Shown here one piece after another: positions 48,941 through 58,288 of a stretch of 64,000 nt of DNA; positions within the stretch are counted from its first letter, which is position 1; every line of letters starts with the position of its first letter. Both the position numbers and the translations under genes were made by a program. The notes below the pieces were generated by a model that saw only the letters and a list, made by a program, of their open reading frames with translations, had not been told where the DNA came from and ran no database searches. The stretch is from an uncultured Eubacteriales bacterium. Lineage in GTDB: Bacteria; Bacillota; Clostridia; HGM11514. The DNA lies in the NCBI GenBank assembly GCA_902492655.1, contig CABUMF010000006.1, forward strand, positions 314-64,313, written 5' to 3'.

Positions 48941-48955
48941 ATGTGAGGGATTATT

Positions 48956-49816
48956 ATGAATAAGGACTTATTGATTAATATTGAGCAAAGGTATGATTCA
49001 TTCAGCAAAGGACAGAAACACATTGCTGATTTTATTCTTGAGAAGTATGACAAGGCGGCTTACATCACTGCCGCAAAGCTCGGTTCAATCGTCGGCGTAA
49101 GCGAATCCACCGTTGTCAGATTTGCAACGGAGCTCGGATTTGACGGATACCCTTCATTTCAAGCCGCACTTCGTGACATTATAAAGACAAAACTTACCGC
49201 AGTGCAAAGAATGGAAATTGCGTCTGACAGGACGGACGAGCATCACATTTTGGAAGCAGTTCTTCAATCGGATATGGACAATCTTAAGAAAACCCTGGAG
49301 GATTCCGACAGCACCGTGTTCCAAAACGCCGTCCAGGCAATCCTCAAGGCAAAGAAAATATATATCCTGGGTGTAAGAAGCTCTGCCGCACTTGCAACCT
49401 TTTTGGGCTTCTATTTCAACCTTATTTTTGATAATGTCGTTTCCGTCCATACAAACAGCGTTAGCGAAATGTTCGAGCAGCTGTTCAGGGTGGGTGAGGA
49501 TGATGTTGTTATCGGCATCAGCTTCCCGAGATATTCAAACCGAACAGTGACCGCACTCAAATATGCCAAGGACAAAAACGGGACTGTAATAAGCATTACC
49601 GACTCAAACAGCTCGCCCCTTGTGCCTTTTTCCGACTATTCTCTTACTGCCGGAAATAATATGGCGTCCTTCGTTGATTCGCTTGTTGCTCCCCTCAGCG
49701 TTATAAATGCGCTGATTTTTGCTGTTGGTATTCACAAGAAAAAAGATATATATAATAATTTTGAAACCTTGGAAGATATTTGGGATGAATACAATGTCTA
49801 CGAAAAAAACGAATAA
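48956..49816 (+). CDS. MurR/RpiR-family transcriptional regulator (HTH + SIS domain)
   Basis: N-terminal HTH_6 (AAKLGSIVGVSESTVVRFATELGFDGY) and a SIS domain (IYILGVRSSAALA). Confidence 0.8.
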   Translation: MNKDLLINIEQRYDSFSKGQKHIADFILEKYDKAAYITAAKLGSIVGVSESTVVRFATELGFDGYPSFQAALRDIIKTKLTAVQRMEIASDRTDEHHILEAVLQSDMDNLKKTLEDSDSTVFQNAVQAILKAKKIYILGVRSSAALATFLGFYFNLIFDNVVSVHTNSVSEMFEQLFRVGEDDVVIGISFPRYSNRTVTALKYAKDKNGTVISITDSNSSPLVPFSDYSLTAGNNMASFVDSLVAPLSVINALIFAVGIHKKKDIYNNFETLEDIWDEYNVYEKNE

Positions 49817-51020
49817 TTATGATACGATAATAATAGGTGGAGGCGCGGCAGGTCTTATGGCGGCATACGCTTGCGTTAAAGAGGGTAAAAAAACCGCAGT
49901 TTTTGAAAGAAATGACCGCCTCGGAAAAAAGCTTTTGATTACGGGGAAGGGCAGATGCAACATTACAAACGCTGCCGACATATCCGAGTTTATTGATAAT
50001 GTGCCCGTAAACAGTAATTTTCTTTACAGTGCTTTTTACACCTTTACCAATGACGATCTTATTAAGCTTTTGAACGAAAACGGACTTGAAACAAAGGTTG
50101 AAAGGGGCAAAAGAGTTTTCCCAAAATCCGACAAATCGGCAGATGTATTAAATACACTTTATAGGCTTGCTTCGGGAAGTGATTTTTACTTTAATACCCG
50201 TGTGAAATCCGTTATAACAAAAGACGGAGCGGCAATAGGCATTGAAAGTAGTGACGGCAGTAAATTCTTCGCCGAAAAAATCATTGTTGCAACAGGAGGT
50301 AAGTCCTATCGGGCAACGGGTTCTACAGGTGACGGATATAAAATAGCGGAGGCTCTCGGGCACACCATAGTTGAGCCAAAGCCCTCTCTCGTTCCCCTTG
50401 AAACAGAAGAAATCTATGACCTTATGGGGTTATCGCTTAAAAATGTCGGAATCAAGATTATCGACAAAAACGGCAAATCCGTTTATGAAGATTTCGGCGA
50501 AATGGTGTTTACACATTTCGGAGTGTCAGGTCCCATTATATTAAGCGCAAGCTCTCATATTAGAAAAATTGACGGTCATAGGCTTATAATCGACCTGAAA
50601 CCCGCATTGACCTTTGAACAGCTCGATGCAAGAATACTGAGAGATTTTGAAGCATTTTCAAGAAAAAACTTTTCACATGCTCTCGATGAGCTGATTCCAA
50701 AAAAGCTCATACCCGTTATTATCAAATTATCCGAAATTCCGCCGGAAACAAAGATTCATCAGATAACAAAGGAACAAAGGCACGCTCTGCTTAGTATAAT
50801 TAAGGGCTTAACCTTTACGATTAAGAAAATGCGCCCCATTGATGAAGCGATTATAACCTCCGGCGGCGTTAAGGTCACCGAAATTAACCCGTCTACCATG
50901 GAGTCGAAAATCGTATCTAATTTGTATTTTGCCGGAGAAGTCATTGATGTTGACGCATATACCGGCGGATTTAATTTGCAAATTGCTTTTTCTACAGGGT
51001 ATTTGGCAGGAATTTCATAA
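49794..51020 (+). CDS. BaiN/HI0933-family FAD-dependent oxidoreductase
   Basis: YDTIIIGGGAAGLMAA dinucleotide fold, ITGKGRCNITN, GEVIDVDAYTGGFNLQ. Start could be 49785 or 49794; it overlaps the rpiR 3' end. Confidence 0.75.
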   Translation: MSTKKTNNYDTIIIGGGAAGLMAAYACVKEGKKTAVFERNDRLGKKLLITGKGRCNITNAADISEFIDNVPVNSNFLYSAFYTFTNDDLIKLLNENGLETKVERGKRVFPKSDKSADVLNTLYRLASGSDFYFNTRVKSVITKDGAAIGIESSDGSKFFAEKIIVATGGKSYRATGSTGDGYKIAEALGHTIVEPKPSLVPLETEEIYDLMGLSLKNVGIKIIDKNGKSVYEDFGEMVFTHFGVSGPIILSASSHIRKIDGHRLIIDLKPALTFEQLDARILRDFEAFSRKNFSHALDELIPKKLIPVIIKLSEIPPETKIHQITKEQRHALLSIIKGLTFTIKKMRPIDEAIITSGGVKVTEINPSTMESKIVSNLYFAGEVIDVDAYTGGFNLQIAFSTGYLAGIS

Positions 51021-51026
51021 AAACTA

Positions 51027-51055
51027 TTGATTTGATTTCGATTTTAATGTATAAT
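51027..51055 (+). promoter_or_regulatory. sigma-A type promoter for galU (TTGATT-17 nt-TATAAT)
   Basis: Read directly from the sequence. Confidence 0.45.
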
Positions 51056-51084
51056 TATATTATAATTTTTTAGGAGGATTGCAC

Positions 51085-51948
51085 ATGAAAGTTAAGAAAG
51101 TGGTTATACCTGCCGCAGGTCTCGGTACAAGATTTCTCCCTGCTACAAAGGCTGAACCCAAAGAAATGCTCCCGATTGTTGACAAGCCCACAATCCAGTA
51201 TATTGTTGAAGAAGCTATTGCTTCCGGGATTGAGGATATAATAATTATTACCGGACGCACCAAGCGTTCCATAGAGGACCATTTTGATAAATCATACGAG
51301 CTTGAGTCCGAGCTTGAAAAGCATAACAAAACAGAGCTTCTTGAGCTCACTCGCGGTATTTCAAATATGGCAAATATCTTTTATGTAAGGCAAAAGGAGG
51401 CGCTCGGGCTCGGTCATGCCATTCTCTGTGCAAAAGCTCTTGTAAACAACGAGCCCTTTGCCGTTATGCTCGGCGATGATGTTGTTGATTCGCAAAAGCC
51501 TTGCTTAAAACAGCTCATTGATGTATATGAAGAATACGGCTCTACCGTGCTCGGTGTACAGAAAGTTCCGGAAAGCGACACCCATATGTACGGTATTGTT
51601 GACGGAGTTCAGATTGCAGACAGAGTATATGATGTTAAAAATCTTGTGGAAAAGCCTGCTATCGGTACATCTCCCTCTAATATTGCAATCCTCGGACGAT
51701 ATGTTATCAACCCCGATATTTTCGGGTATCTCGACACTCAAACCCCCGGTGCCGGCGGTGAAATTCAGCTGACGGACGCTCTCAAACGCCAAATGCTGAA
51801 CGAGAAAATGATTGCATATAATTTTGAAGGAAGACGCTACGATGTCGGAAATAAGCTCGGATTTCTTCAGGCAACCGTTGAGTTTGCACTTAAACGGGAC
51901 GATTTGAAGGACGATTTCAAGGCTTATCTTAAAACTCTAAACATTTAG
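51085..51948 (+). CDS. galU: UTP--glucose-1-phosphate uridylyltransferase
   Basis: [34 protein letters not shown] lies 6 nt after AGGAGG. Confidence 0.9.
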   Translation: MKVKKVVIPAAGLGTRFLPATKAEPKEMLPIVDKPTIQYIVEEAIASGIEDIIIITGRTKRSIEDHFDKSYELESELEKHNKTELLELTRGISNMANIFYVRQKEALGLGHAILCAKALVNNEPFAVMLGDDVVDSQKPCLKQLIDVYEEYGSTVLGVQKVPESDTHMYGIVDGVQIADRVYDVKNLVEKPAIGTSPSNIAILGRYVINPDIFGYLDTQTPGAGGEIQLTDALKRQMLNEKMIAYNFEGRRYDVGNKLGFLQATVEFALKRDDLKDDFKAYLKTLNI

Positions 51949-51959
51949 GAAGTGATACT

Positions 51960-53153
51960 TTGAAAATAAATTGGAATAACAAGTATCTTACAATTTCCGT
52001 ATATTCGCTTATAGTTGTTGCATTAAGTATTGTTATTTATAAGCTTTTGCAGGGCGTATCCGATTACAGTGCTTTTTTCGACTCTGTAATTGCAATCGTT
52101 AAGCCTATTATTTACGGAATAGTTTTGGCTTATATTCTTTCGCCGATTGAAAAGCTTTTTGAATATAAGCTTTTACCTAAGGTGTTCAAAAAAAGAAGTA
52201 AAAAACTGATAAGATACCTTAGCATAGGCATTGCATATCTTTTGTTTGTAATAGCTTTTTCTCTCGTGCTTTACATTGCGGTTCCTCAGCTTTTGGAAAG
52301 CATAAACAGAATAATCGTTTCCATACCGATGTATGTTGTTAATGTTCAGAATTGGTTCAATTCATTTATGGAAACAAAAATCGGAAAGCTTATAGGCAAT
52401 AATATTGATATGTCGAGCGTAAACTTTCAGAGTATATTTACAAATCTCCAGGATATGCTCAATTCTTCGTTCATTGCCGTCAAGAGCACACTTTCCGCTT
52501 TTGTCGAAATGCTGTTTAACATCATAGTTGCAGTTGCGATTTCGGTTTATCTTCTTGTGGACCGCGAGATCTATTTCAAACAATTCAGAAAGCTGATGTA
52601 TGCATTCGGTAATAAGGATAAGGTTACAAATCTGTGTAAAGAATGTTATACGATTAAGGAAATCTTCAACAGCTTCATGTACGGTAAGCTTATAGAGTGC
52701 TTGATTGTAGGTATTGCGTGTTACATTGGCGTTGTAATTATGGGCGTTAACAATGCTCTTCTGATCAGTGTAATTGTCGGCATAACAAACTTTATCCCAT
52801 ATTTCGGGCCGTTTTTGGGTGCAATACCGGGCGTTATTCTGATATTCTTTGACGGTGAGAACGGAACAAACCCTACCATGACGCTTGTTTTTATCATTTT
52901 TATCCTGGTTCTTCAGCAACTGGACGGTAATGTTTTAGGCCCGAGAATTCAAGGAAAAAGCGTGGGACTTTCGTCCTTTTGGGTGCTCATTTCGGTTATC
53001 GTTTTCGGAGAATTTTTCGGAGTATGGGGAATGCTTCTGTCGGCTCCCGTATTTGCGGTTTTGATGTCTGCTTTAAGAGTCATTGTTAATAACAGACTTA
53101 AGCGAAATGACATTGATCCGTCTTCGGATTTCTATCAGGAAAAATCGGAATAA
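51960..53153 (+). CDS. AI-2E family (PerM/UPF0118) transporter
   Basis: About 8 TM, with the conserved ITNFIPYFGPFLGAIPG segment. TTG start. Confidence 0.8.
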   Translation: MKINWNNKYLTISVYSLIVVALSIVIYKLLQGVSDYSAFFDSVIAIVKPIIYGIVLAYILSPIEKLFEYKLLPKVFKKRSKKLIRYLSIGIAYLLFVIAFSLVLYIAVPQLLESINRIIVSIPMYVVNVQNWFNSFMETKIGKLIGNNIDMSSVNFQSIFTNLQDMLNSSFIAVKSTLSAFVEMLFNIIVAVAISVYLLVDREIYFKQFRKLMYAFGNKDKVTNLCKECYTIKEIFNSFMYGKLIECLIVGIACYIGVVIMGVNNALLISVIVGITNFIPYFGPFLGAIPGVILIFFDGENGTNPTMTLVFIIFILVLQQLDGNVLGPRIQGKSVGLSSFWVLISVIVFGEFFGVWGMLLSAPVFAVLMSALRVIVNNRLKRNDIDPSSDFYQEKSE

Positions 53154-53161
53154 CATATTTT

Positions 53162-53193
53162 ATCACCTCATAGATTTTCTTTGAGGTGATTTT
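53162..53193 (+). terminator. 9-bp perfect hairpin whose 3' arm is the Shine-Dalgarno of the next ORF (weak terminator or RBS-sequestering element)
   Basis: ATCACCTCA-11 nt-TGAGGTGAT followed by TTT only. The ATG of the next ORF is at 53195. Confidence 0.4.
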
Positions 53194-53194
53194 C

Positions 53195-53764
53195 ATGGAA
53201 TTAACAGCCGGAAATGCAATATGTACAATTAACGGCAACAATGCGGAAATACTGTTTAATGATTATAAAAAACCACTTAGGGTTTATGCTGTCGGAAATA
53301 CTGTTTTTTATGCAGGATTATTAGAACCTGTCGGCGAGAATCTCGGCAGACTTTCGTTCGGTTTGCCCTCCGCTACCGATTACATATTGATTTCAGACGG
53401 CAGAATAGAAGAAAATTACAACGAGGTTCTAAGATTTAATTTTAACAGCAAGTATTCCCTAAAAAAGGAAATCCCAACAAAATTCAACAGCGCATTTGAA
53501 GAAATACTTTTTTCGCAAAAGGAGCTTAAAGATTGCGTTAAGCTTTACGGGCACTATGTTGCTTTCCGCCGTGGCGGCTCCGTGATTTATGCCTTTCCGT
53601 CCGACCCATTTACACATCCGCTTTTGCAGTTTTTGCCGTATGCGTATTGGTACGATGTGAGTATTTGCAATAAATTCAGAGGCTATTATTTTATAGGTTA
53701 TGAAAATCATCGTCCGCAATTTGTTTCAAAGTGCGCTGTGGATATGCTTACAATGAATAATTAA
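53195..53764 (+). CDS. hypothetical protein (189 aa)
   Basis: ORF with a GAGGTG RBS. No TM segment and no recognisable motif. Confidence 0.4.
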   Translation: MELTAGNAICTINGNNAEILFNDYKKPLRVYAVGNTVFYAGLLEPVGENLGRLSFGLPSATDYILISDGRIEENYNEVLRFNFNSKYSLKKEIPTKFNSAFEEILFSQKELKDCVKLYGHYVAFRRGGSVIYAFPSDPFTHPLLQFLPYAYWYDVSICNKFRGYYFIGYENHRPQFVSKCAVDMLTMNN

Positions 53765-53815
53765 ATCTCAATAAGATATAATAAATACAATAAACAGTAA
53801 AGGTCTTGTAAAATC

Positions 53816-54190
53816 ATGAATGAGTTTATTGTATTTGTTATAGGCGCTTGCGGATACAGTGTCATTGAGCTTCTGTGGAGAGGCTACACACATTGGACTA
53901 TGGCGCTTGCGGGCGGCATATGCTTTTTGTTGATGTATTATATAAACATACATGTTAAAAGCGGTCTTTTTGCAAAATATCTCCTGTCAGCGTTGTGTAT
54001 CACCGCCGTTGAGCTTATTTTCGGCTTGATATTCAATGTTGTCTTGGATTTCAATATCTGGGATTATTCAAATCTGCCCCTTAATTTTTATGGTCAGATT
54101 TGTCTGCCATATTCGGTTATTTGGTTTTTTCTCAGCATACCGCTTATAAAGTTTTGTGACATGATTAAATTTACTATAGAAAAGGTTTGA
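53816..54190 (+). CDS. small 4-TM membrane protein (DUF1113 / putative ABC-transporter type IV-like)
   Basis: GACGYSVIELLWRGYTHWTMALAGG N-terminus and ...NIWDYS... resemble that family. Confidence 0.5.
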   Translation: MNEFIVFVIGACGYSVIELLWRGYTHWTMALAGGICFLLMYYINIHVKSGLFAKYLLSALCITAVELIFGLIFNVVLDFNIWDYSNLPLNFYGQICLPYSVIWFFLSIPLIKFCDMIKFTIEKV

Positions 54191-55086
54191 TTAATTTGAA
54201 AAATACAATAGCAATTTTAGGTGCCGGCGTTCTTTGGGGGACAATGGGGATTTTCAGCAGAGTGTTGTCCGGTTTCGGTCTTAAGCCTGTGCACATTACG
54301 GCATTCAGGTTAGTTTCGGCAACTATTGTGCTTATCATATTGTCCGCATTTATGGGCGGAAAGAAGAATTACAAAATTAAGGCTTCGGATTTAAAATGGT
54401 TTATCATGAGCGGTGTTTTCAGCATTGCCGGAATAACAATATGCTATTTCAATTCGATTACTCTCTCATCCCTTTCCACTGCCGCGATACTGCTTTACAC
54501 CGCACCTGTATTTGTTACGATTATTTCCTATTTCGTTTTTAATGAGAGAATTACGCCGATGAAGGTCATGGCTTTGATTTCCGCTATTTTGGGATGTGTA
54601 TTGGTAACAGGCATTGACGGAAAGATTACCACAATCGGTGTTTTATGGGGAATAGGCTCGGGGATTGCCTACGCTTTATACAGCATATTCGGTACAATTC
54701 TGCTGAAAAGATACAGCACTTTTCAGGTGACGCTGATCTCATTCGTAATAGGAACAATAGCCATTCTTCCGTTTTCTGACATTGAAGGGATAGTAAAAAT
54801 CGTATCGGCGGCGGAAAACAAAATTCTTCTTATTTCCGTCTGCGCACTTTCAGGGATTATTACCGCTGTTCTTCCGTATATGCTCTATACATACGGCCTT
54901 AAGGGCACAATTCCGGGCAAGGCTTCTATTATGGCTTCAATCGAGCCTGTGGTTGCCACACTAAACGGTATAATTTTCTTTGACGAACCCTTTGGATTTA
55001 CTTCTTTTATCGGCATAGCCTTTGTTATTTTGGCGGTTATGTTGATTAATAATTTCGGAAGAACCTCAAACAATCGTAATATTTAA
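54187..55086 (+). CDS. EamA-family (DMT) transporter
   Basis: 10 TM with a duplicated EamA-type layout. Overlaps the previous gene by 4 nt. Confidence 0.75.
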   Translation: MINLKNTIAILGAGVLWGTMGIFSRVLSGFGLKPVHITAFRLVSATIVLIILSAFMGGKKNYKIKASDLKWFIMSGVFSIAGITICYFNSITLSSLSTAAILLYTAPVFVTIISYFVFNERITPMKVMALISAILGCVLVTGIDGKITTIGVLWGIGSGIAYALYSIFGTILLKRYSTFQVTLISFVIGTIAILPFSDIEGIVKIVSAAENKILLISVCALSGIITAVLPYMLYTYGLKGTIPGKASIMASIEPVVATLNGIIFFDEPFGFTSFIGIAFVILAVMLINNFGRTSNNRNI

Positions 55087-55116
55087 CCCGAATTATTCAT
55101 TTATACAAAGCCTTTG

Positions 55117-55152
55117 CCGCACGGATTTTCCTCTCTGTGCGGTAATTATTTT
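55117..55152 (+). terminator. possible terminator
   Basis: CCGCAC-14 nt-GTGCGG followed by TAATTATTTT. Short stem. Confidence 0.35.
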
Positions 55153-55172
55153 GAAAAAAATGTGAAAAACAC

Positions 55173-55201
55173 TTGTAAAATCAAACAAATAATGCTATAA
55201 T
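55173..55201 (+). promoter_or_regulatory. sigma-A type promoter (TTGTAA-17 nt-TATAAT, TGn extended -10) for DUF1385-prmC
   Basis: Read directly from the sequence. Confidence 0.5.
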
Positions 55202-55238
55202 AATACTATATGTATAAAAGATAGGAGGTAAGCTTTAC

Positions 55239-56177
55239 TTGAAGAATAATAAAATACATAAAACCTCAATCGGCGGTCAAGCCGTTATTGAAGGTGTTAT
55301 GATGAGAGGCCCGTCAGATATTGCGATTGCTGTAAGAAAAAGTGACGGAGAAATAGTTGTAGATAAAAAAGAAGCCAAATCAGTAAAATATAAGCTTTTT
55401 AAACTACCCTTTATAAGAGGTGTTGTGAACTTCTTTTTATCGCTTGTAACGGGCGTTAAAGCTCTTATGTTTTCGGCGGAATTTGTGGATATTGAAGGCG
55501 AAGAGGATGAAGAACCCTCAAAAATAGATAAATGGCTTACAGAAAAGCTCGGGGACAAGATTAAAGATATTGCTATCTATTTCAGCGTCGTGGTTTCCCT
55601 TGTTTTTTCCATATTGCTTTTTATTATGCTTCCTGCGTATTTAACGGGTTTTATAAAAAACTTGGGGGCAAGTCATTCTTTGATTATTATAATCGAGGGC
55701 GTTGTCAGAATTGCAATTTTTTTGGCATATTTGATTTTGGTTTCCAGAATGAAGGATATTCAAAGAGTGTTTGAATATCACGGAGCAGAGCACAAATCCA
55801 TTTACTGCTACGAACACGGTGATGAGCTTACTGTCGAAAATGTAAAAAAATATACAAGACTTCACCCACGATGCGGTACGAGTTTTCTGTTTATCGTTAT
55901 GATAATCAGTATCATAGTTTTCTTCTTTATAAAGTCGGATGTTTGGTATTTAAGGCTTGTTTACAGGCTTTTGCTGCTTCCTGTTGTTGCCGGAATTTCT
56001 TATGAAATCATTAAGCTTGCAGGCCGCTATGACAATAAATTAACCTGTATAATAAGCAAGCCCGGTATGTGGCTTCAGCATTTTACAACCAGAGAACCTG
56101 ACGATTCGCAGATTGAGGTTGCCATTGCTTCCCTTAAAGCGGTTATTCCCGAAAATAAGGAAGATGACCGATGGTAG
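55239..56177 (+). CDS. DUF1385-family membrane protein (prmC-associated)
   Basis: IGGQAVIEGVMMRG N-terminus; EYHGAEHK; HPRCGTSF. TTG start after AGGAGG. Confidence 0.75.
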   Translation: MKNNKIHKTSIGGQAVIEGVMMRGPSDIAIAVRKSDGEIVVDKKEAKSVKYKLFKLPFIRGVVNFFLSLVTGVKALMFSAEFVDIEGEEDEEPSKIDKWLTEKLGDKIKDIAIYFSVVVSLVFSILLFIMLPAYLTGFIKNLGASHSLIIIIEGVVRIAIFLAYLILVSRMKDIQRVFEYHGAEHKSIYCYEHGDELTVENVKKYTRLHPRCGTSFLFIVMIISIIVFFFIKSDVWYLRLVYRLLLLPVVAGISYEIIKLAGRYDNKLTCIISKPGMWLQHFTTREPDDSQIEVAIASLKAVIPENKEDDRW

Positions 56178-57025
56178 TATCCGAGCTTATATCTGTCTGC
56201 CGCCGTATAATCGGAAATTCGTCAGATTCGGCAGCTCTTGACGCAAAGGTAATAGTAAAATCGGTACTGGGTGCAGATGATGTTCAGCTTTTGATAAAGA
56301 GAGACGAAACTGTTCCGGAAAGCCTTTGCCGTAAAGCCGAGGAAATGGCTGAAAAGCGGGGCGAGCATATTCCGCTTGCCTATATAATCAAGCAAAAGGA
56401 ATTTATGTCCTTGCCGTTTGCGGTTGATTTCGGCGTCTTAATTCCCAGAGCTGATACTGAGTGCATTGTCGAAGAAATCATTAAAGATGTATGCGAAGGA
56501 TATGTGCTCGATATTGGGTGCGGAAGCGGTGCAATATCGGTTTGTGTAGCAAAATACATTCCGAATGCTAAGGTATATGCTGTTGATATTTCTGATAAGG
56601 CTATAAGCATCGCAAGACAAAACGCTGAAAACAACGGTGTTTCGGTTGAATTTACAAAAGCTGATATTTTCAGCTATAAAACGGATATGATGTTTGATTG
56701 CATAGTTTCAAACCCTCCTTATATCGAAACGGCTGAGCTTGACTCTCTAATGCCCGATGTTAAGGATTACGAACCGACTGTAGCCTTGGACGGTGGGGAA
56801 GACGGTTTGAAATTTTACAGGAGAATTATTGATTTTGCCAAATCAAATCTGAAGCCGAGAGGCAGACTGTATTTTGAACTCGGCTGGAAGCAGTTTGACT
56901 CTGTTAGGGAATTACTTATAAATAACGGTTTCACCGATATTAAAGAGATTTATGACCTTGCCGGCATTAAACGAGGCTGCAAGGCTGAATTGGAGGATTT
57001 TACGAATGAAAAAGTTTTTGAATGA
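56171..57025 (+). CDS. prmC: release-factor glutamine N5-methyltransferase
   Basis: SAM motif VLDIGCGSGAI and the NPPY catalytic motif. Confidence 0.85.
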   Translation: MVVSELISVCRRIIGNSSDSAALDAKVIVKSVLGADDVQLLIKRDETVPESLCRKAEEMAEKRGEHIPLAYIIKQKEFMSLPFAVDFGVLIPRADTECIVEEIIKDVCEGYVLDIGCGSGAISVCVAKYIPNAKVYAVDISDKAISIARQNAENNGVSVEFTKADIFSYKTDMMFDCIVSNPPYIETAELDSLMPDVKDYEPTVALDGGEDGLKFYRRIIDFAKSNLKPRGRLYFELGWKQFDSVRELLINNGFTDIKEIYDLAGIKRGCKAELEDFTNEKVFE

Positions 57026-57464
57026 TTTTAAGGAATTCGCATTCAAGGGTAACATTTTAGACCTTGCTGTCGGCATGATGATAGGTTCGGCGTTTACGGC
57101 TATTGTAACTTCGCTTGTAAATGATATATTTATGCCGATTTTCGGTCTGCTTACCGGCAAGGTTGATTTTTCAAAGCTGTTTCTTTCACTTGACGGTAAG
57201 GAATATGCAACCTTAGCCGACGCGGAAGCCGCCGGCGCAGCGGTATTGAAATACGGCAGATTTATTTCCGCATTCATAAACTTTTTGCTTATAGCAATAG
57301 TTATTTTCTTATTTCTCAAGCTTGTAGTGAAGCTTAAAAAGCCAAAGGAAGAGGCGGCTCCTACAACAAAAAAATGTCCCTTCTGTAAATCTGAAGTACA
57401 TATTGAGGCATTAAGATGCCCTCATTGTACTTCTGTTTTGGAAGGATCTGAGGAGAGTGAATAA
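57006..57464 (+). CDS. mscL: large-conductance mechanosensitive channel MscL with C-terminal CxxC-x9-CxxC zinc ribbon
   Basis: MKKFLNDFKEFAFKGNILDLAVGMMIGSAF is the canonical MscL N-terminus. The tail is CPFCKSEVHIEALRCPHCTS. Overlaps the prmC 3' end by 20 nt. Confidence 0.85.
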   Translation: MKKFLNDFKEFAFKGNILDLAVGMMIGSAFTAIVTSLVNDIFMPIFGLLTGKVDFSKLFLSLDGKEYATLADAEAAGAAVLKYGRFISAFINFLLIAIVIFLFLKLVVKLKKPKEEAAPTTKKCPFCKSEVHIEALRCPHCTSVLEGSEESE

Positions 57465-57520
57465 AAATTTTTAATTGGCTTTACAGATTCAAGTACACAA
57501 AACGCGGTATAGATAACTTG

Positions 57521-58252
57521 ATGAAGTACATTGTAATTATAAGTGCCGTTATTTTTGCTTTGCAATTCATAGGTATTGATTTAAGACCTGTCCTTTGCTT
57601 TGATGCGGCAAAAATACTCAACGGCCAGGTGTGGAGAATAATTACATTTGTTTTCATCGTTCCGAACACAAGCATACTGTTTGCGGCTTTCGTGTTTTAT
57701 TTCTACTATATAGTCGGCAAAACGCTTGAGGATGATTGGGGAAGCTTTGTTTTTACGGTTTATTACTTCTTTACGGTTGGTGTGTGTGCCGTAATCGGGC
57801 TGTTAACAGGCGGAACTATTGTCAATTCGTATTATGTTAATCTTGCCATGTTTTTAGCTTACGGGTTCAGCTACCCGGAGCATCAGATTTTGCTTTTTAT
57901 GTTCATACCGTTAAAGATGAAGTACCTTGCCTGGGGATATGCGGCTCTTTCCGTTTTGTGGGTTATAACGGGAGGCTCCCTTGCAGGAAGGCTTATACCT
58001 CTTTGCGGACTTATAAGCTTTGTGATATTTTTCTGGGATAATCTTATTTCATATCTGTTTCCCAAGTTCAAAAAACGAACAAAAGCAAAAAAAGCTGAAA
58101 GATCGAAATCGGCTTCAAAATCCGTGCATAAGTGTGAGGTGTGCGGAAGAACGGAACACGATGATCCGGATCTTGAGTTTCGTTTTTGTTCGAGGTGTAA
58201 CGGATACCACGAGTATTGTCTTGAGCATCTTTATACGCATGAGCATAAATAA
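57521..58252 (+). CDS. rhomboid-fold membrane protein lacking the Ser/His dyad, with C-terminal zinc-ribbon tail
   Basis: The WR motif (GQVWRIITFVF) and G..LE...GS loop align with GlpG, but there is no GxSG and no HxxxN or TM6 His. Tail is CEVCGRTEHDDPDLEFRFCSRCNGYHEYCLEH. Confidence 0.5.
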   Translation: MKYIVIISAVIFALQFIGIDLRPVLCFDAAKILNGQVWRIITFVFIVPNTSILFAAFVFYFYYIVGKTLEDDWGSFVFTVYYFFTVGVCAVIGLLTGGTIVNSYYVNLAMFLAYGFSYPEHQILLFMFIPLKMKYLAWGYAALSVLWVITGGSLAGRLIPLCGLISFVIFFWDNLISYLFPKFKKRTKAKKAERSKSASKSVHKCEVCGRTEHDDPDLEFRFCSRCNGYHEYCLEHLYTHEHK

Positions 58253-58288
58253 TAAATTATATGGAATTTTGTGAAAGGATGAAAATTA

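Noticed and set aside
58253-58288. Expected glmS ribozyme upstream of glmS.
   Set aside because: Only 36 nt separate the upstream stop from the glmS ATG, far too short for the ribozyme of roughly 170 nt as I recall it. No ribozyme core sequence is visible in the preceding coding region either. glmS here appears to be read through or driven from within the upstream gene.
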